DNA of 64,000 nt from Candidatus Bathyarchaeia archaeon (GCA_050012255.1 JBEKHN010000004.1:58267-122266), one strand, 5' to 3'; shown: positions 50,501-59,965, numbered from the stretch's first letter. Translations and numbers: made by a program. Notes: generated by a model not told the origin, from the letters alone.

Positions 50501-50901
50501 GCAGCTTTTGTCAGCCTCCAACAATCATTAAGTAGTTTTTTCTTCTCAGACGCTTCGGTTGCAAGCCAGTAGCCCATGAAGGCTATCATGGCTTCACATC
50601 GAAGCATCCTTGGCGCTTTTTCCACGTCACCTAAACTGCCATAGGATTTCTTGGCCTTGTCGTGGTTCGCGATCGCCTCGCGAATTCTTTCCTTACACTC
50701 ATTGACGCTTTCAGCCTGCATGGCAGCTTTGTAGAAAGCGCAACCCATTCGCTCGTAAGTGTCGCCGATGCTGAAGGCGTCTTGCTCAGAAAACAAGCCC
50801 AACGCCTTCCTGTAAGATTCAACTGCTCCCAGCCAATCGTACTCTCTTTCCTTCTCCTTTGCCAGTCTAAGGATTGCGTCAAGACCAGAGGATTCAGACA
50901 T
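47587..50901 (-). CDS. Large TPR-like alpha-solenoid protein with C-terminal Ig-like domain
   Basis: About 950 aa of helical repeats (A..Y..A...F) followed by a beta-rich domain (VGENLDFEIELVNAG...). Confidence 0.7.
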   Translation of the reverse strand: MSESSGLDAILRLAKEKEREYDWLGAVESYRKALGLFSEQDAFSIGDTYERMGCAFYKAAMQAESVNECKERIREAIANHDKAKKSYGSLGDVEKAPRMLRCEAMIAFMGYWLATEASEKKKLLNDCWRLTKAALEAFEAAEASWDYGKTYNQLSIGPIFEFTLESDFQARVRIMKETVECGEKAIKFLSASEEASELARACAKTVVCLGVFGYYCQDGREREQSYQKGVDYWVKAKELPEEIAVLESLCPVFGGQPIFGLEGSDEALSNCKKGLEFAKKTKDRFFIGCALDWLTYHTVWKTNAIEDKDEIAQLAKAVMQYIQDAREQFSQISFISPRADLAWIEASPADSNIWLAGMETDVRKKRDLLEKAVKAAPEMLKKAENSGYPEVMMYAHGIFGGIMRALAKTETNRDEKKKLLEQALQHRKESVARTEQLTPLLYWNRGINQDTLATIKSDLAELADDPETKKNLFQEVALCRENSLKLLTKELAFVESKLSSLTSLFAVLGHSQSEYGNVLNRLYGLTRNQEYLKKAIEAFREATESFQKLNLRSRMAECHWKIAQAYDALGEHSNAAQYFGSASDNYMSAAESIPQLKGFYQDHACYMRAWSEIEKARHHHERQECGLAEEHFEKAANMHKSLKQWSYLAPNYFAWAQIEHAEELSRKERSEEALQAFEQAARLFEETKKSIQDGLAKIEDPDEKQMATQMVNATDSRREYCLARIAIEEAKILDKKGDHYSSSEKYCSAVETLQKIAQAAESEQDKKEFRLITILSQAWAKMTGAEAEGSPDLYLEASQLFEEAKEFSPNEKAKMLALGHSRFCRALEAGTKFADTGNAELYKIAIQQLESAAKHYVRAGFQNASEYAKATELLLDAYMRMDNAKVESDPEKKARLYMMAEKVLQTSAGSFMKAEHPEKSEQVLRLLERVKEERELALSLSEVLHAPSIVSTTSAFTTPTPNQENAVGLEKFENANVQANLVTRQKQLKVGENLDFEIELVNAGKSSAQLIKITEVIPAGFELAEKPEIYRVEDSYLNMKGKRLDPLKTEEVRLTIKPKAQGEFFLKPTILYLDENGTYKSHQPEPVSITVKELGIKGWIKGER

Positions 50902-51108
50902 GTGGGATATACCATTACTGACTATCAGTCAGGTATTTGAAAAGGCTTTTCATGACACTCAAGCTCAGGGACACACCACTGATCCAACGATAGATGAAAG
51001 CCGCGCTATAGGCGGTTGTCCCTAGGGTGCTTCGTTCAACGCGCTTACAAATGGCGAGTTCCTTAGAACATTTATATTCGCAAAAAGGAGAGATCGGAGT
51101 GATGCGTC

Positions 51109-53199
51109 ATGACGATCAAGAAGATAGTCAAAAGAGACGGCAGAGTAGTTGATTTTGATTCTAACAGGATTAGAGACGCTGTTTACAAGGCTTTTATTGC
51201 TGTTGAGTTGGAGGATGGTAAGAAAGCTGAGAGCATATCCCGGGAGGTAGTTAGGCTTCTGGACGAGAAATTCGATGGAAGAACTCCTTCCGTTGAGGAT
51301 GCGCAAGACCTCGTGGTAGAGGTTCTGAAGAAAGAAGGTTTTGAAAGAGTTGCGCAGGAATATCAAGTTTACAGGCAGAAGAAGCTCGAAATAAGGAACC
51401 TGAGAGAAAAGCTGGGCATTGAAGAGCCCAAACTGACGGTCAACGCCCTTGAAGTCTTGAGGCAGAGGTACCTTCTGAGAGACGAAACTGAAAGACTCAC
51501 AGAGACCCCTGCTCAGCTGTTCAAGAGAGTCGCAGGAGCAGTGGCGAAGCCTGACGAAAAACACGGTGGAAACGCCGTTCAAAGTGAAAAGACATTTTTT
51601 GAAATGATGGCAAAGCTCGAGTTTGTTCCGAACACTCCGACGCTATTCAACGCTGGAACAGAGCTTGGTCAACTGTCTGCGTGCTTCGTCCTGCCCGTTG
51701 AAGACTCGCTGGAAGGTATTTTCAACGCTGCAAAAGACATGGCGATCATCGAGAAGAGCGGCGGCGGAGTCGGCTTCGATTTCTCGAGGCTCAGACCTAA
51801 GGGAGACCTGGTCATGTCAACCAAAGGCGTAGCAAGCGGCCCTGTCAGTTTCATGAGGGTTTTTGACACTGGTACAGAAGTAATAAAGGCTGGTGGAAAG
51901 CGAAGAGGGGCAATGATGGCGATCTTGAGGGTTGACCATCCGGACATCCTTGAATTCATAACGTCAAAGCAGCAGCCTGGCTTTCTGTCCAACTTCAACA
52001 TCTCAGTCGCCGCTACGGACGTTTTCATGAAGGCCGTGGAGGAAAATGAGGAATACTGGCTAGTCAACCCTAGAAGCAAAGAAAAAACTAGGAAACTCAA
52101 CGCCCGAGACGTTTGGACTCAGATGGCAAGGTCCGCGTGGGCCAGCGGAGACCCCGGCGTCGTCTTCATAGACGAGATCAACAGGCACAACCCCACGCCC
52201 AAGGTTGGAATGATGGAGTCAACCAACCCCTGCGGGGAGCAGCCGCTGCTTCCTTATGAGTCCTGCAACTTGGGCTCAATCAACCTTTCAAGAATGGTTG
52301 AAGATGGAAAAATAAACTTTGAGAAACTGAGAGAAACCGTGAGGAACGGGGTTCACTTTCTCGACAACGTCGTGGACGCAAACACGTATCCTTTGAAGGA
52401 GACTGAGAAGATAACAAGGGCCAACAGGAAGATAGGCCTAGGACTGATGGGTTTTGCAGACATGCTGATAAAACTCGGAGTTCCCTACGATTCTGAGCAG
52501 GCCCTGAGCGTCGGGGAAAAGATAATGAAGTTCATCGAAGAGGAGGGACACAAGAAGTCCGTGGAGCTGGGTAAGGAAAGAGGGTCATTTCCAAACTTTG
52601 AGGAAAGCATCTGGAAGGACAGGTACTCGGCCATGAGGAACTCGACGGTGACAACCGTGGCGCCGACAGGAACCATAAGCATAATCGCCGGCTGCAGCTC
52701 AGGCATCGAGCCGATTTTCGCGATCTCCTTCATACGGAACGTGCTGAGCGGGACGAGACTCTTCGAAACCAACCCGCTGTTCGAGATGATGTCAAAAGAA
52801 AGAGGCTTCTACAGTGCCAAGCTTCTGGAAGAAATAGCCAAAACGGGCTCTGTTCAGAAGATTAACGGAGTCCCGGAAGACATTAAGAAGCTTTTTGTAA
52901 CGGCCCTAGACATCAAACCCGAATGGCACGTGAGAATGCAGGCCGCATTCCAAAAGCACACGGACAACGCCGTGTCAAAGACCGTTAACCTGCCGACGGA
53001 AGCAACGGTTGAAGACGTCAGGCAAACATACGACTTAGCCTGGAAGCTGAAGTGCAAAGGAGTAACCGTGTTCAGGTACGGAAGCAAACCCGAGCAGGTG
53101 CTGTACATCGGAGAAATAAAAACTGAGAAGGGAAAATTCGTCACTCTAGAACCAGAGTACGCCGGCGGCTGCCCCACCAAGAACTGCCCATTCCCATAG
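51109..53199 (+). CDS. nrdJ: Adenosylcobalamin-dependent (class II) ribonucleotide reductase with ATP cone
   Basis: VKRDG ATP cone, PNTPTLFNAG, LSACFV, TNPCGEQ, CNLGSINL, APTGTIS, C-terminal CPTKNC. Confidence 0.92.
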   Translation: MTIKKIVKRDGRVVDFDSNRIRDAVYKAFIAVELEDGKKAESISREVVRLLDEKFDGRTPSVEDAQDLVVEVLKKEGFERVAQEYQVYRQKKLEIRNLREKLGIEEPKLTVNALEVLRQRYLLRDETERLTETPAQLFKRVAGAVAKPDEKHGGNAVQSEKTFFEMMAKLEFVPNTPTLFNAGTELGQLSACFVLPVEDSLEGIFNAAKDMAIIEKSGGGVGFDFSRLRPKGDLVMSTKGVASGPVSFMRVFDTGTEVIKAGGKRRGAMMAILRVDHPDILEFITSKQQPGFLSNFNISVAATDVFMKAVEENEEYWLVNPRSKEKTRKLNARDVWTQMARSAWASGDPGVVFIDEINRHNPTPKVGMMESTNPCGEQPLLPYESCNLGSINLSRMVEDGKINFEKLRETVRNGVHFLDNVVDANTYPLKETEKITRANRKIGLGLMGFADMLIKLGVPYDSEQALSVGEKIMKFIEEEGHKKSVELGKERGSFPNFEESIWKDRYSAMRNSTVTTVAPTGTISIIAGCSSGIEPIFAISFIRNVLSGTRLFETNPLFEMMSKERGFYSAKLLEEIAKTGSVQKINGVPEDIKKLFVTALDIKPEWHVRMQAAFQKHTDNAVSKTVNLPTEATVEDVRQTYDLAWKLKCKGVTVFRYGSKPEQVLYIGEIKTEKGKFVTLEPEYAGGCPTKNCPFP

Positions 53200-53350
53200 C
53201 AAAGCGCTCACTCTGAATTCCAAGTTGGAAACATTGACCAAACAGCTAAGACAACGCAGCCCGCCGAAGAAGCGGAGCGACATGGAATGATACGCCTGAC
53301 CAGTGCCAAAACATTGCAGTTCAAGCTATGACTAGTTAGAGTTCAAATTA

Positions 53351-53368
53351 TTTGTACACGTGTACAAA
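53351..53368. promoter_or_regulatory. Perfect 18-bp palindrome, candidate operator
   Basis: TTTGTACACGTGTACAAA about 60 bp upstream of a winged-helix gene. Confidence 0.55.
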
Positions 53369-53430
53369 AGCGTAGAATTAAGTTTCTCGCTGACCATCTA
53401 TTCTCTCAGTTCTGAGAGGGAAGGGAGACC

Positions 53431-53757
53431 GTGGAGACTCGGCTCAGGAAACGCGAAAGGGACAGAATAGCCATAGTTGCGGAGATTCTGGAAATGGCCC
53501 GTGGTGGAGTCTTGAAGAGCAATATTATGTGGAGAGCCGGACTGAGTTATGAAATGCTGAATGGATACCTCGGGCTCATGATGAACGCCAAGTTGCTGGA
53601 CAAAGTGCTGAAGAAGAACAAAGTGGTGTTCAAGCCAACGGACAGGGGCATAAAGTTCTTGTACCACTGCCGTGAAATCATGGAGTTGCTGGAAACTGAA
53701 GATGATGGACACGAGCCCTGCAGAAGGATTCAACTTCTGCCATGCAGTCTATCATAG
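53431..53757 (+). CDS. Archaeal winged-helix DNA-binding protein
   Basis: RDRIAIVAEILE...KSNIMWRAGLSY..L..YL...T.RG..FL pattern. Confidence 0.82.
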   Translation: METRLRKRERDRIAIVAEILEMARGGVLKSNIMWRAGLSYEMLNGYLGLMMNAKLLDKVLKKNKVVFKPTDRGIKFLYHCREIMELLETEDDGHEPCRRIQLLPCSLS

Positions 53758-53963
53758 CACTAGTCTCACCATTACGTCATGACGTATCGCTTAATCGACT
53801 CTGAAAGCCAGGCCACTATGCCGTTTCTTCGATCGATCGGCGACATTCGTTGACACACTATTCCGTATTGACATTTGTATTAGCGGACTGTTCCAGTAAG
53901 GCTTAATTGGTTTCAGAACGAAAAAGGGTTCCAGGGTCGGTTGGGGGGAGAGTGGGAAAGAAC

Positions 53964-55526
53964 ATGTTCGCATGCAAGCATAAGATCATTTTGGTCAGCC
54001 TGTTCATGGTCGCTTTCGTGTTTACTATTGCACTCGCCCCGACGCGTGCGGCTGCTTCGAGCGTGAGGATCCAGCTTTGCATGGTAATCGACGGGTCTGC
54101 AACCATAAGCAACACTGAATGGAACCTGACCGTTCAGGCAGTATCTAAAGGCGTCACAGAAACGATTCCGCATGACGGGTCAATCGAGTTAACGGTTGTT
54201 CAGTTCGGCTATTTAGGCGGACTGTTTGCGAGAACCGAAGTGGCTCCCAGAATCATAGACGATGCTTCGTATTTGGCGGTTGCCGACCAGGTTTTGAATA
54301 TACCCAAGATGGGTGGTAGCACACCGACGGCTTTCGGCGTCTATCTTGGATGGCAGGAAATGAGGAACTCGCCCAATTTTGCCGCGACATCGAGGCAGGT
54401 CATCAACTTGGCCACTGACAACAAGCCTAACGTAAGAAACGACAATGCAACGATCGACCTCGACGGAGACAACAGAACAGATGGTGCCGATGATTTGATC
54501 GCCGTCGTTAATAACGCGGTCGTTCAAGGGCTTGACGAACTGGATATTGAGGGCATCAACCTGAGTCCTCTGGAGAAGGATTGGTTTAGAAACTGGGTTG
54601 TGCGTCCGCAGCCTGGTGCGATTGCTCCGCCGTTCTCAAAGACGGGATGGATCCGATACGTTGCTGATGTTTCCGAGTTTGCGGACACTCTGGGGCAGAA
54701 GCTTCAAGCCATTATCGCGGGTAAGGATGTTTGGACTCCTGACGCCTTAGGAGCCTTGATAACAATCGTCATCACTGTTGGGATTACGAGCGTCATTTCA
54801 ACGCTTGCGTCGGCCGTTACTAATCCCGAAACTTTTCCCAGTCAGATGATTGCCCAGAAGATCAGCGAGGTGTTTCCTGAAACTCTGAAAAAGTGGCTCA
54901 GCGAGTTTGTTTCTGCGAAACGCAAACTTGTCATCGACTCGCGCAAGCACCCTCCGTTCACTATCACGAAGTTTGAGGCCGTCTCTTACACCATTTCTTT
55001 TTTTGTGCTCACGCTTGCTTTCGCCTACGTTAAAGCATCGGTGTTAGACCAGATTCTGACGATTATCCCCACGGTGTTGGCTACGGGCATAATAGTCGAG
55101 TTTGTGAAGAACTACACCATCGAGGTCGCTGCCAGAAGCCAAGGCGTATGGACTGAACATCGCCTGTGGTACTTCGGACTGACGTTGTTCCTCCTGTCAA
55201 GCCTTGTCTTCCGAGTGCCGTTCTCGTCGCCCAGCAGGCTCACACATAACGCGCCCAAGTTCACAAAACGCTCACTCGGACTGGTCTCAGCAGCTCAAGT
55301 CATTGTTCCCGTCGCTTTCGCGGCGGTGTTCTATGCTCTCTTTGCCAGCGGGTTCACGCTTATCGGAAACATTGGAGTCGTAATGTGCCTGACGATGGCC
55401 CTTTTCGACAGCATACCGATTCCGCCCATGAACGGTAAAGACATTTACGACTGGAGCAAAATCCTCTGGGTCGCCCTGTTCGTGACAACGTTTACGCTGT
55501 ACATGATGGTTCTGTTCATCCTGTAG
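53964..55526 (+). CDS. vWA-domain membrane protein with degenerate M50/S2P-like C-terminal domain
   Basis: Signal peptide, IDGSATI MIDAS-like motif, VVQFG, INLATD; multi-TM C-terminus with FDSIPIPPMNGKDI. Confidence 0.7.
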   Translation: MFACKHKIILVSLFMVAFVFTIALAPTRAAASSVRIQLCMVIDGSATISNTEWNLTVQAVSKGVTETIPHDGSIELTVVQFGYLGGLFARTEVAPRIIDDASYLAVADQVLNIPKMGGSTPTAFGVYLGWQEMRNSPNFAATSRQVINLATDNKPNVRNDNATIDLDGDNRTDGADDLIAVVNNAVVQGLDELDIEGINLSPLEKDWFRNWVVRPQPGAIAPPFSKTGWIRYVADVSEFADTLGQKLQAIIAGKDVWTPDALGALITIVITVGITSVISTLASAVTNPETFPSQMIAQKISEVFPETLKKWLSEFVSAKRKLVIDSRKHPPFTITKFEAVSYTISFFVLTLAFAYVKASVLDQILTIIPTVLATGIIVEFVKNYTIEVAARSQGVWTEHRLWYFGLTLFLLSSLVFRVPFSSPSRLTHNAPKFTKRSLGLVSAAQVIVPVAFAAVFYALFASGFTLIGNIGVVMCLTMALFDSIPIPPMNGKDIYDWSKILWVALFVTTFTLYMMVLFIL

Positions 55527-55572
55527 TCGAGGTAGCACAAAATGACGAAAAGATTGAGAGAGGCATAAAAGA

Positions 55573-55857
55573 ATGCGTTCAAACCACTGGGAATACCTTG
55601 CACTATTGCTCTTCGCCTTGGGAATCGCACTTACGGTGTCTGCCTTGATCATTCATCTCTATTACCAACAACATCCTGCACCAAACCCACAGTATGGCAC
55701 GTATCCAATTCCGCTGCTCATAGCAGGAATATGCATCACAGCACTCGGCATCCCCGTTTACAACAGGTCCAGAACTAAGAAAAGAACAGAAGCGACAGAG
55801 GACAAACTCTTGCCCCCTCCACCACTGCTTCCTCTACCGCCACCGCCTCCACAATAG
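55573..55857 (+). CDS. Small two-TM protein with poly-proline tail
   Basis: Two hydrophobic helices, ends LLPPPPLLPLPPPPPQ. Confidence 0.6.
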   Translation: MRSNHWEYLALLLFALGIALTVSALIIHLYYQQHPAPNPQYGTYPIPLLIAGICITALGIPVYNRSRTKKRTEATEDKLLPPPPLLPLPPPPPQ

Positions 55858-56061
55858 TTCTTGTGCTTGAATCTTGCTCTTTCAACGACAGAACGACTTT
55901 GTTGCACATTCATACCCGAGTCCAATTCGCTACTGCCTTGTAGAATAGTTAGCGCGCTATTTTGAGCAGGTTTGCAGAATGTTGAAAGAACCATCAGGTG
56001 TAACAAATTGAAATGCGCACGCTCCAAAGGAGCGCAGCCAAAAGTGAAGATGAAAGCAACA

Positions 56062-56478
56062 CTATTCCTTTGCGCTTCTCAGAGTGTACTTCGTTTTGAC
56101 TCCCGCTTTTTCAAAGAGTTTTCCAACGGGGCAGCTCCGCACGGTCAGTTCGTGTGCCCTTTGGAGTCTGTCCTTCGGCATATCGGTTTCCACAAGAACG
56201 TCTACGTTGGCTTCGGTTATCGTTCCTACGGCTTCAGACTTCACGGCTTCCACGGTGACTTCCAGATTCTTCAGTGAGAACCTCATCTTTTTTGCCGTCA
56301 TGGCGAAGATCGTCGCGTAGCAGCCTGCGAAACTCATCAGACAGAGGTCCAGCGCTGAGGGGCCCATATCAGTTCCATCTGAGGGAGGCTGGTCCAAACA
56401 CACTGCGTGTGTCCGCTGGTCGTCAACATCAATTCTATAGTTCTCAACCAGCTTTGCTCTTGCATGAAGCTTTGTCAC
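56062..56478 (-). CDS. OsmC-family protein
   Basis: DQP...GTDMGPS..DL.L.SFAGC ... SCPV two-Cys pattern. Confidence 0.88.
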   Translation of the reverse strand: MTKLHARAKLVENYRIDVDDQRTHAVCLDQPPSDGTDMGPSALDLCLMSFAGCYATIFAMTAKKMRFSLKNLEVTVEAVKSEAVGTITEANVDVLVETDMPKDRLQRAHELTVRSCPVGKLFEKAGVKTKYTLRSAKE

Positions 56479-56675
56479 GGCACGTCGCCTTCAACACAGA
56501 GTGTGTAACTAGAAACGTGAAAGTTAAAGCTTCTTGCAAAAGGGTCATTCCGTTTGCTCAACGGCTATAGGTTAATATTCAGGAGAACAGGAACAGTAGA
56601 AGTTGAAGAATCATCTACGCCGTGTTGATTCTGAAGGAACACAGTGTTCAACCAGAGTGCGGATAGTGTGACTGA

Positions 56676-57320
56676 ATGAGTCTGATACCTGATGAGCACA
56701 GGGAACACATAAAAAACGAGCTTGCCGAAAACCTCGTGAACCCTGTGAGACTGATCATGTTCACTGAGCAGTTCGAATGCCAAATGTGCGTGCAGACTAA
56801 ACAGCTGATGACAGAGATCGCCGCGTTGAACGATAAGATCGAAGCCGAGGTTCATGACTTCGTCGCGGACGCTGAGCTGGCCAAGCAGTTCGGGGTGGAC
56901 AAGATCCCAGCTGTCGTTCTTGTGGGACAGAAAGATTACGGCGTGAGGCTCTACGGACTTCCGTACGGCTACGAGTTTCAAACACTGATGTCAGCTTTAA
57001 CCATCGTTTCACGGGGCAGAACAGACCTGTCAGAAGAGACAAAATCGAAGCTTCAAGCGGTTAAAACGCCCGTTCACATTCAAGTCTTCGTGACACTCAC
57101 GTGTCCACACTGTCCAGCTGCGGCAAGCATGGCCCACAAGTTCGCCGTCGAGAGCGAGCTCATAAAAGCAGACGTCATCGACGCAGGCGAGTTTCCGCAG
57201 TTGGCCTCCAAATACGGAGTCATGGGAGTTCCAAAGATAGTGATAAACGAGCAGATAGAATTCGTCGGAGCCGTGCCGGAGAACATTTTCTTAGAGCACG
57301 TCTTGCTCGCTGCCCGTTAA
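56676..57320 (+). CDS. Protein disulfide oxidoreductase (glutaredoxin-like PDO)
   Basis: CQMC and CPHC active sites, GLPYGYEF, VMGVPK. Confidence 0.9.
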   Translation: MSLIPDEHREHIKNELAENLVNPVRLIMFTEQFECQMCVQTKQLMTEIAALNDKIEAEVHDFVADAELAKQFGVDKIPAVVLVGQKDYGVRLYGLPYGYEFQTLMSALTIVSRGRTDLSEETKSKLQAVKTPVHIQVFVTLTCPHCPAAASMAHKFAVESELIKADVIDAGEFPQLASKYGVMGVPKIVINEQIEFVGAVPENIFLEHVLLAAR

Positions 57321-57393
57321 GCCATTTGTGCGGTGAAAGGTTCCGGAAGAGGCTGGGGTTAAACTTCGCAGCCGAGCAAGCCACAGCTCTTAA

Positions 57394-57543
57394 CTACTGT
57401 CCAGTGACGTATCTTGATGGGTCTTTGTCAAACGCTGTCTTGCAAGCCTGAGCACAGAAGTAGTAGGTCTTGCCCCTCTGCTGCGACTTAAACTTCGCAG
57501 TCTTCTCGTCCACCATCATCCCGCAAACAGGATCCTTAGCCAT
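57394..57543 (-). CDS. YHS/TRASH-domain small protein (49 aa)
   Basis: Manual translation MAKDPVCGMMVDEKTAKFKSQQRGKTYYFCAQACKTAFDKDPSRYVTGQ; GGAGGTGA upstream. Confidence 0.88.
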   Translation of the reverse strand: MAKDPVCGMMVDEKTAKFKSQQRGKTYYFCAQACKTAFDKDPSRYVTGQ

Positions 57544-58779
57544 GCAACGCTCACCTCCCGATTTTCATCTAAGGTCTGAAGTATTTAGCTGCTTGTTTTC
57601 TATTCTCAGCGAGTGCGCGCGCCGCTTCGATGCTCTGGAGAAGGAGGTCGTGTAGGAGGCTGTTGAAGAAGCATCCTCAACCCTCGAAATGCACAAGAAA
57701 CACGCTGAAAACGTCGAAACTGGCAGGGGCCTATGAAGTTGAGTTTCAAACCTTCTAAGAAGTGTGTGAGCATCATAACTAACTCTGGCAGCGGTGACCT
57801 TCTGATGAAGAAATCGATTAGAGGGTCAGTATGTTAAGCGAAGTTGCTCATTGATGTATAGTGTATGTTACCCTCCAATGAAAGCGTGCAGCATAGAAGA
57901 GACAGTGCAAACAGGACCGTCCTTTCGCCACCAAAAATAGATGGGAAGGTCAAGAATGACGGTTTGTTGGTACAGACCAAACTCTGGAGAATATTCCACA
58001 GTAGAAAACTTGTTTCACTGACAAGGGGTTTGATGGTCTAAAATGCTTCTAAAACCCTCTAATCAAAGTGTGTGTCACACGCTCTATAAAATAAATTTTC
58101 ACGCTGACCGTGGTGTGTGGATGGTTTATTGGGTTTGTTGTTTGTGATGGGTTATGACGGGTTTGAGTGTGGTGTTGTGGGCTTTAGTTAAAAAGCGCGC
58201 GCGCTACGTGTGCTAATGTTTGAAGAGGATTTTGATGAAGACGCTTAAGCGAAGAAGTCGTGAGTTCTTGATAGAACACTCGGAAGCGCTCGCTAGCCTA
58301 CGCTGGGTATCGAGCAGCTTCCGCCTGAAGTTGGCGGCCGAATGGTTGCCGATACTTTGATACGACTGTTTGGTTAATTGACGTGTGTGATCATGCGTTC
58401 AGCAGTGCGCATGTGTGTTCCTAAATTCCCTTTTTAGCTGCGCAAGATTCGGGCCGCGTCCTCTAACGAAGCCCCGCCGCGTGGCGAACGCGCAATCACG
58501 GTGAAAAAAAAGAATTCTTTTTTTTTACAGCGCGCTAGCGTGTTCCCAAATTCGGTTTTTCGGGCGTAACGTGACCGAGTTGATTCATGTCCTATAGACG
58601 ATGCTTCTTGCATTAAGATCACACAGCAATCCTCGAACCAAGCAAGCATATAAGATAAACCGGCTTGCAAACGAATTAAGCAACAAGCATGCGCGCTCCA
58701 TCTGGCAGTACGGTCTTCAACACGTGCTATGTTTTTCTGATGTTGCGAATTGTTAGTTGTCGGATGCGTTCTCTGACTG

Positions 58780-59095
58780 GATCTGATTGTGGCTCGTTGT
58801 TGGCGAATGATTCCTGCTGTTGCGAATGCCACGGTTAGTGCTAAAAGGCTGAGAGTTATTGGCGTGAGTGTCACTCCAAACGGAGTGTAGTTGAGAATAA
58901 GACCTACTATTGGCACCAGGGCCATGCTTGTTCCGACGCTCAAGGCTATGCGTACTATGGCGTCCAGTTCTTCGGATGATGTTTTGACGGGAGCGCGCCC
59001 GGGGAAGAGGGCTTTGATGAACGTGTAGCCTGGGAGCCAGAAGATGAACACAGCGCCGAGTGCGATTCGAGCATAGACCACTGACGGAAGAGCAA
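58780..59095 (-). pseudogene. Fragment of a DUF1616-like membrane protein
   Basis: RIALGAVFIFWLPGYTFIKALFP...LD.IVRIALSVG.S.ALVPIVGLILNYTPFGV; flanking parts of ORF 58434-59141 look non-coding. Confidence 0.6.
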
Positions 59096-59311
59096 CACTA
59101 CAGATCAGATCTAGAGTTCTCCTCCTCATTCCCCGAAGCAAAATTATCTGTTCTGCGCATTTAAGTCGTGTAGAATGAAAAATCTAGCCTAATAGTCTAG
59201 AACAAAACTCCTATCTTATAGACGAAAAGACTATCCTTGTCTAGAATAAACCCGAATTCAGCTAGACCTGAACTGCTTTAACTTTAAAAGCAGAGGAGCA
59301 AACGTAAAATC

Positions 59312-59668
59312 ATGATGGCAGAGATTCTGTACGCGATAGAAGAGGAAGAGACTCTCAACGCTAAAGAACTTGCCAAGAAACTCGACGTGCCGATGGATCA
59401 GCTTGAAAAAATCCTGACGGACATGGTGAAGAAAAGCGTCGTCGAATATAACAGGCAAACAGGAAAGGTCAGGCTGTCCCGCTGGATTGCGAGGCTTGGT
59501 AAGGAGCTCGAAAACATAAGACCGGCCACTGGAACCATTATCCTTCCCAGGAATCAGGAAATAAAACTCCAAGACATCGTGGTCGGCAACTTTACTAACA
59601 CAGACCTAGAACTGATAGTGCGACTGAGGACAAACCGAAAAGAAATCGCCATCTGCACCGTAAGCTGA
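59312..59668 (+). CDS. HTH-containing hypothetical regulator
   Basis: LNAKELAKKLDVPMDQLEKIL winged-helix N-terminus plus a small beta domain. Confidence 0.7.
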   Translation: MMAEILYAIEEEETLNAKELAKKLDVPMDQLEKILTDMVKKSVVEYNRQTGKVRLSRWIARLGKELENIRPATGTIILPRNQEIKLQDIVVGNFTNTDLELIVRLRTNRKEIAICTVS

Positions 59669-59677
59669 AAGAGCGAA

Positions 59678-59965
59678 TTATGGGCTGGCGTTGATTGACA
59701 GGTAGTTTTTGACGTGGTTCAAATCGTTCAGGATCATTCTTCCTTTCTGCGTCGTGTGATAAACGCGCGAACCACTGCTCGTGCTGGTCTTGCTGATTAG
59801 GCCTTGATTCGTCATCGCAAGCAGATACCGTCGAAGTGTTGAATAGCTCAAGTTAACCTTGTACATGAGATGAGTAAGCTTCTCCCCGTTCATGCATGCC
59901 GTCAGCACATCCATGAGAATCTGAGCTTCTCCCCTTCGATGACCCATCCTGACCACTATCTTCAC
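59678..59965 (-). CDS. Archaeal winged-helix DNA-binding protein
   Basis: RR....ILMDVL...KLTHLMYKVNLSYSTLRRYL...YHTTQKG; same family as 53431-53757. Confidence 0.82.
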   Translation of the reverse strand: MKIVVRMGHRRGEAQILMDVLTACMNGEKLTHLMYKVNLSYSTLRRYLLAMTNQGLISKTSTSSGSRVYHTTQKGRMILNDLNHVKNYLSINASP

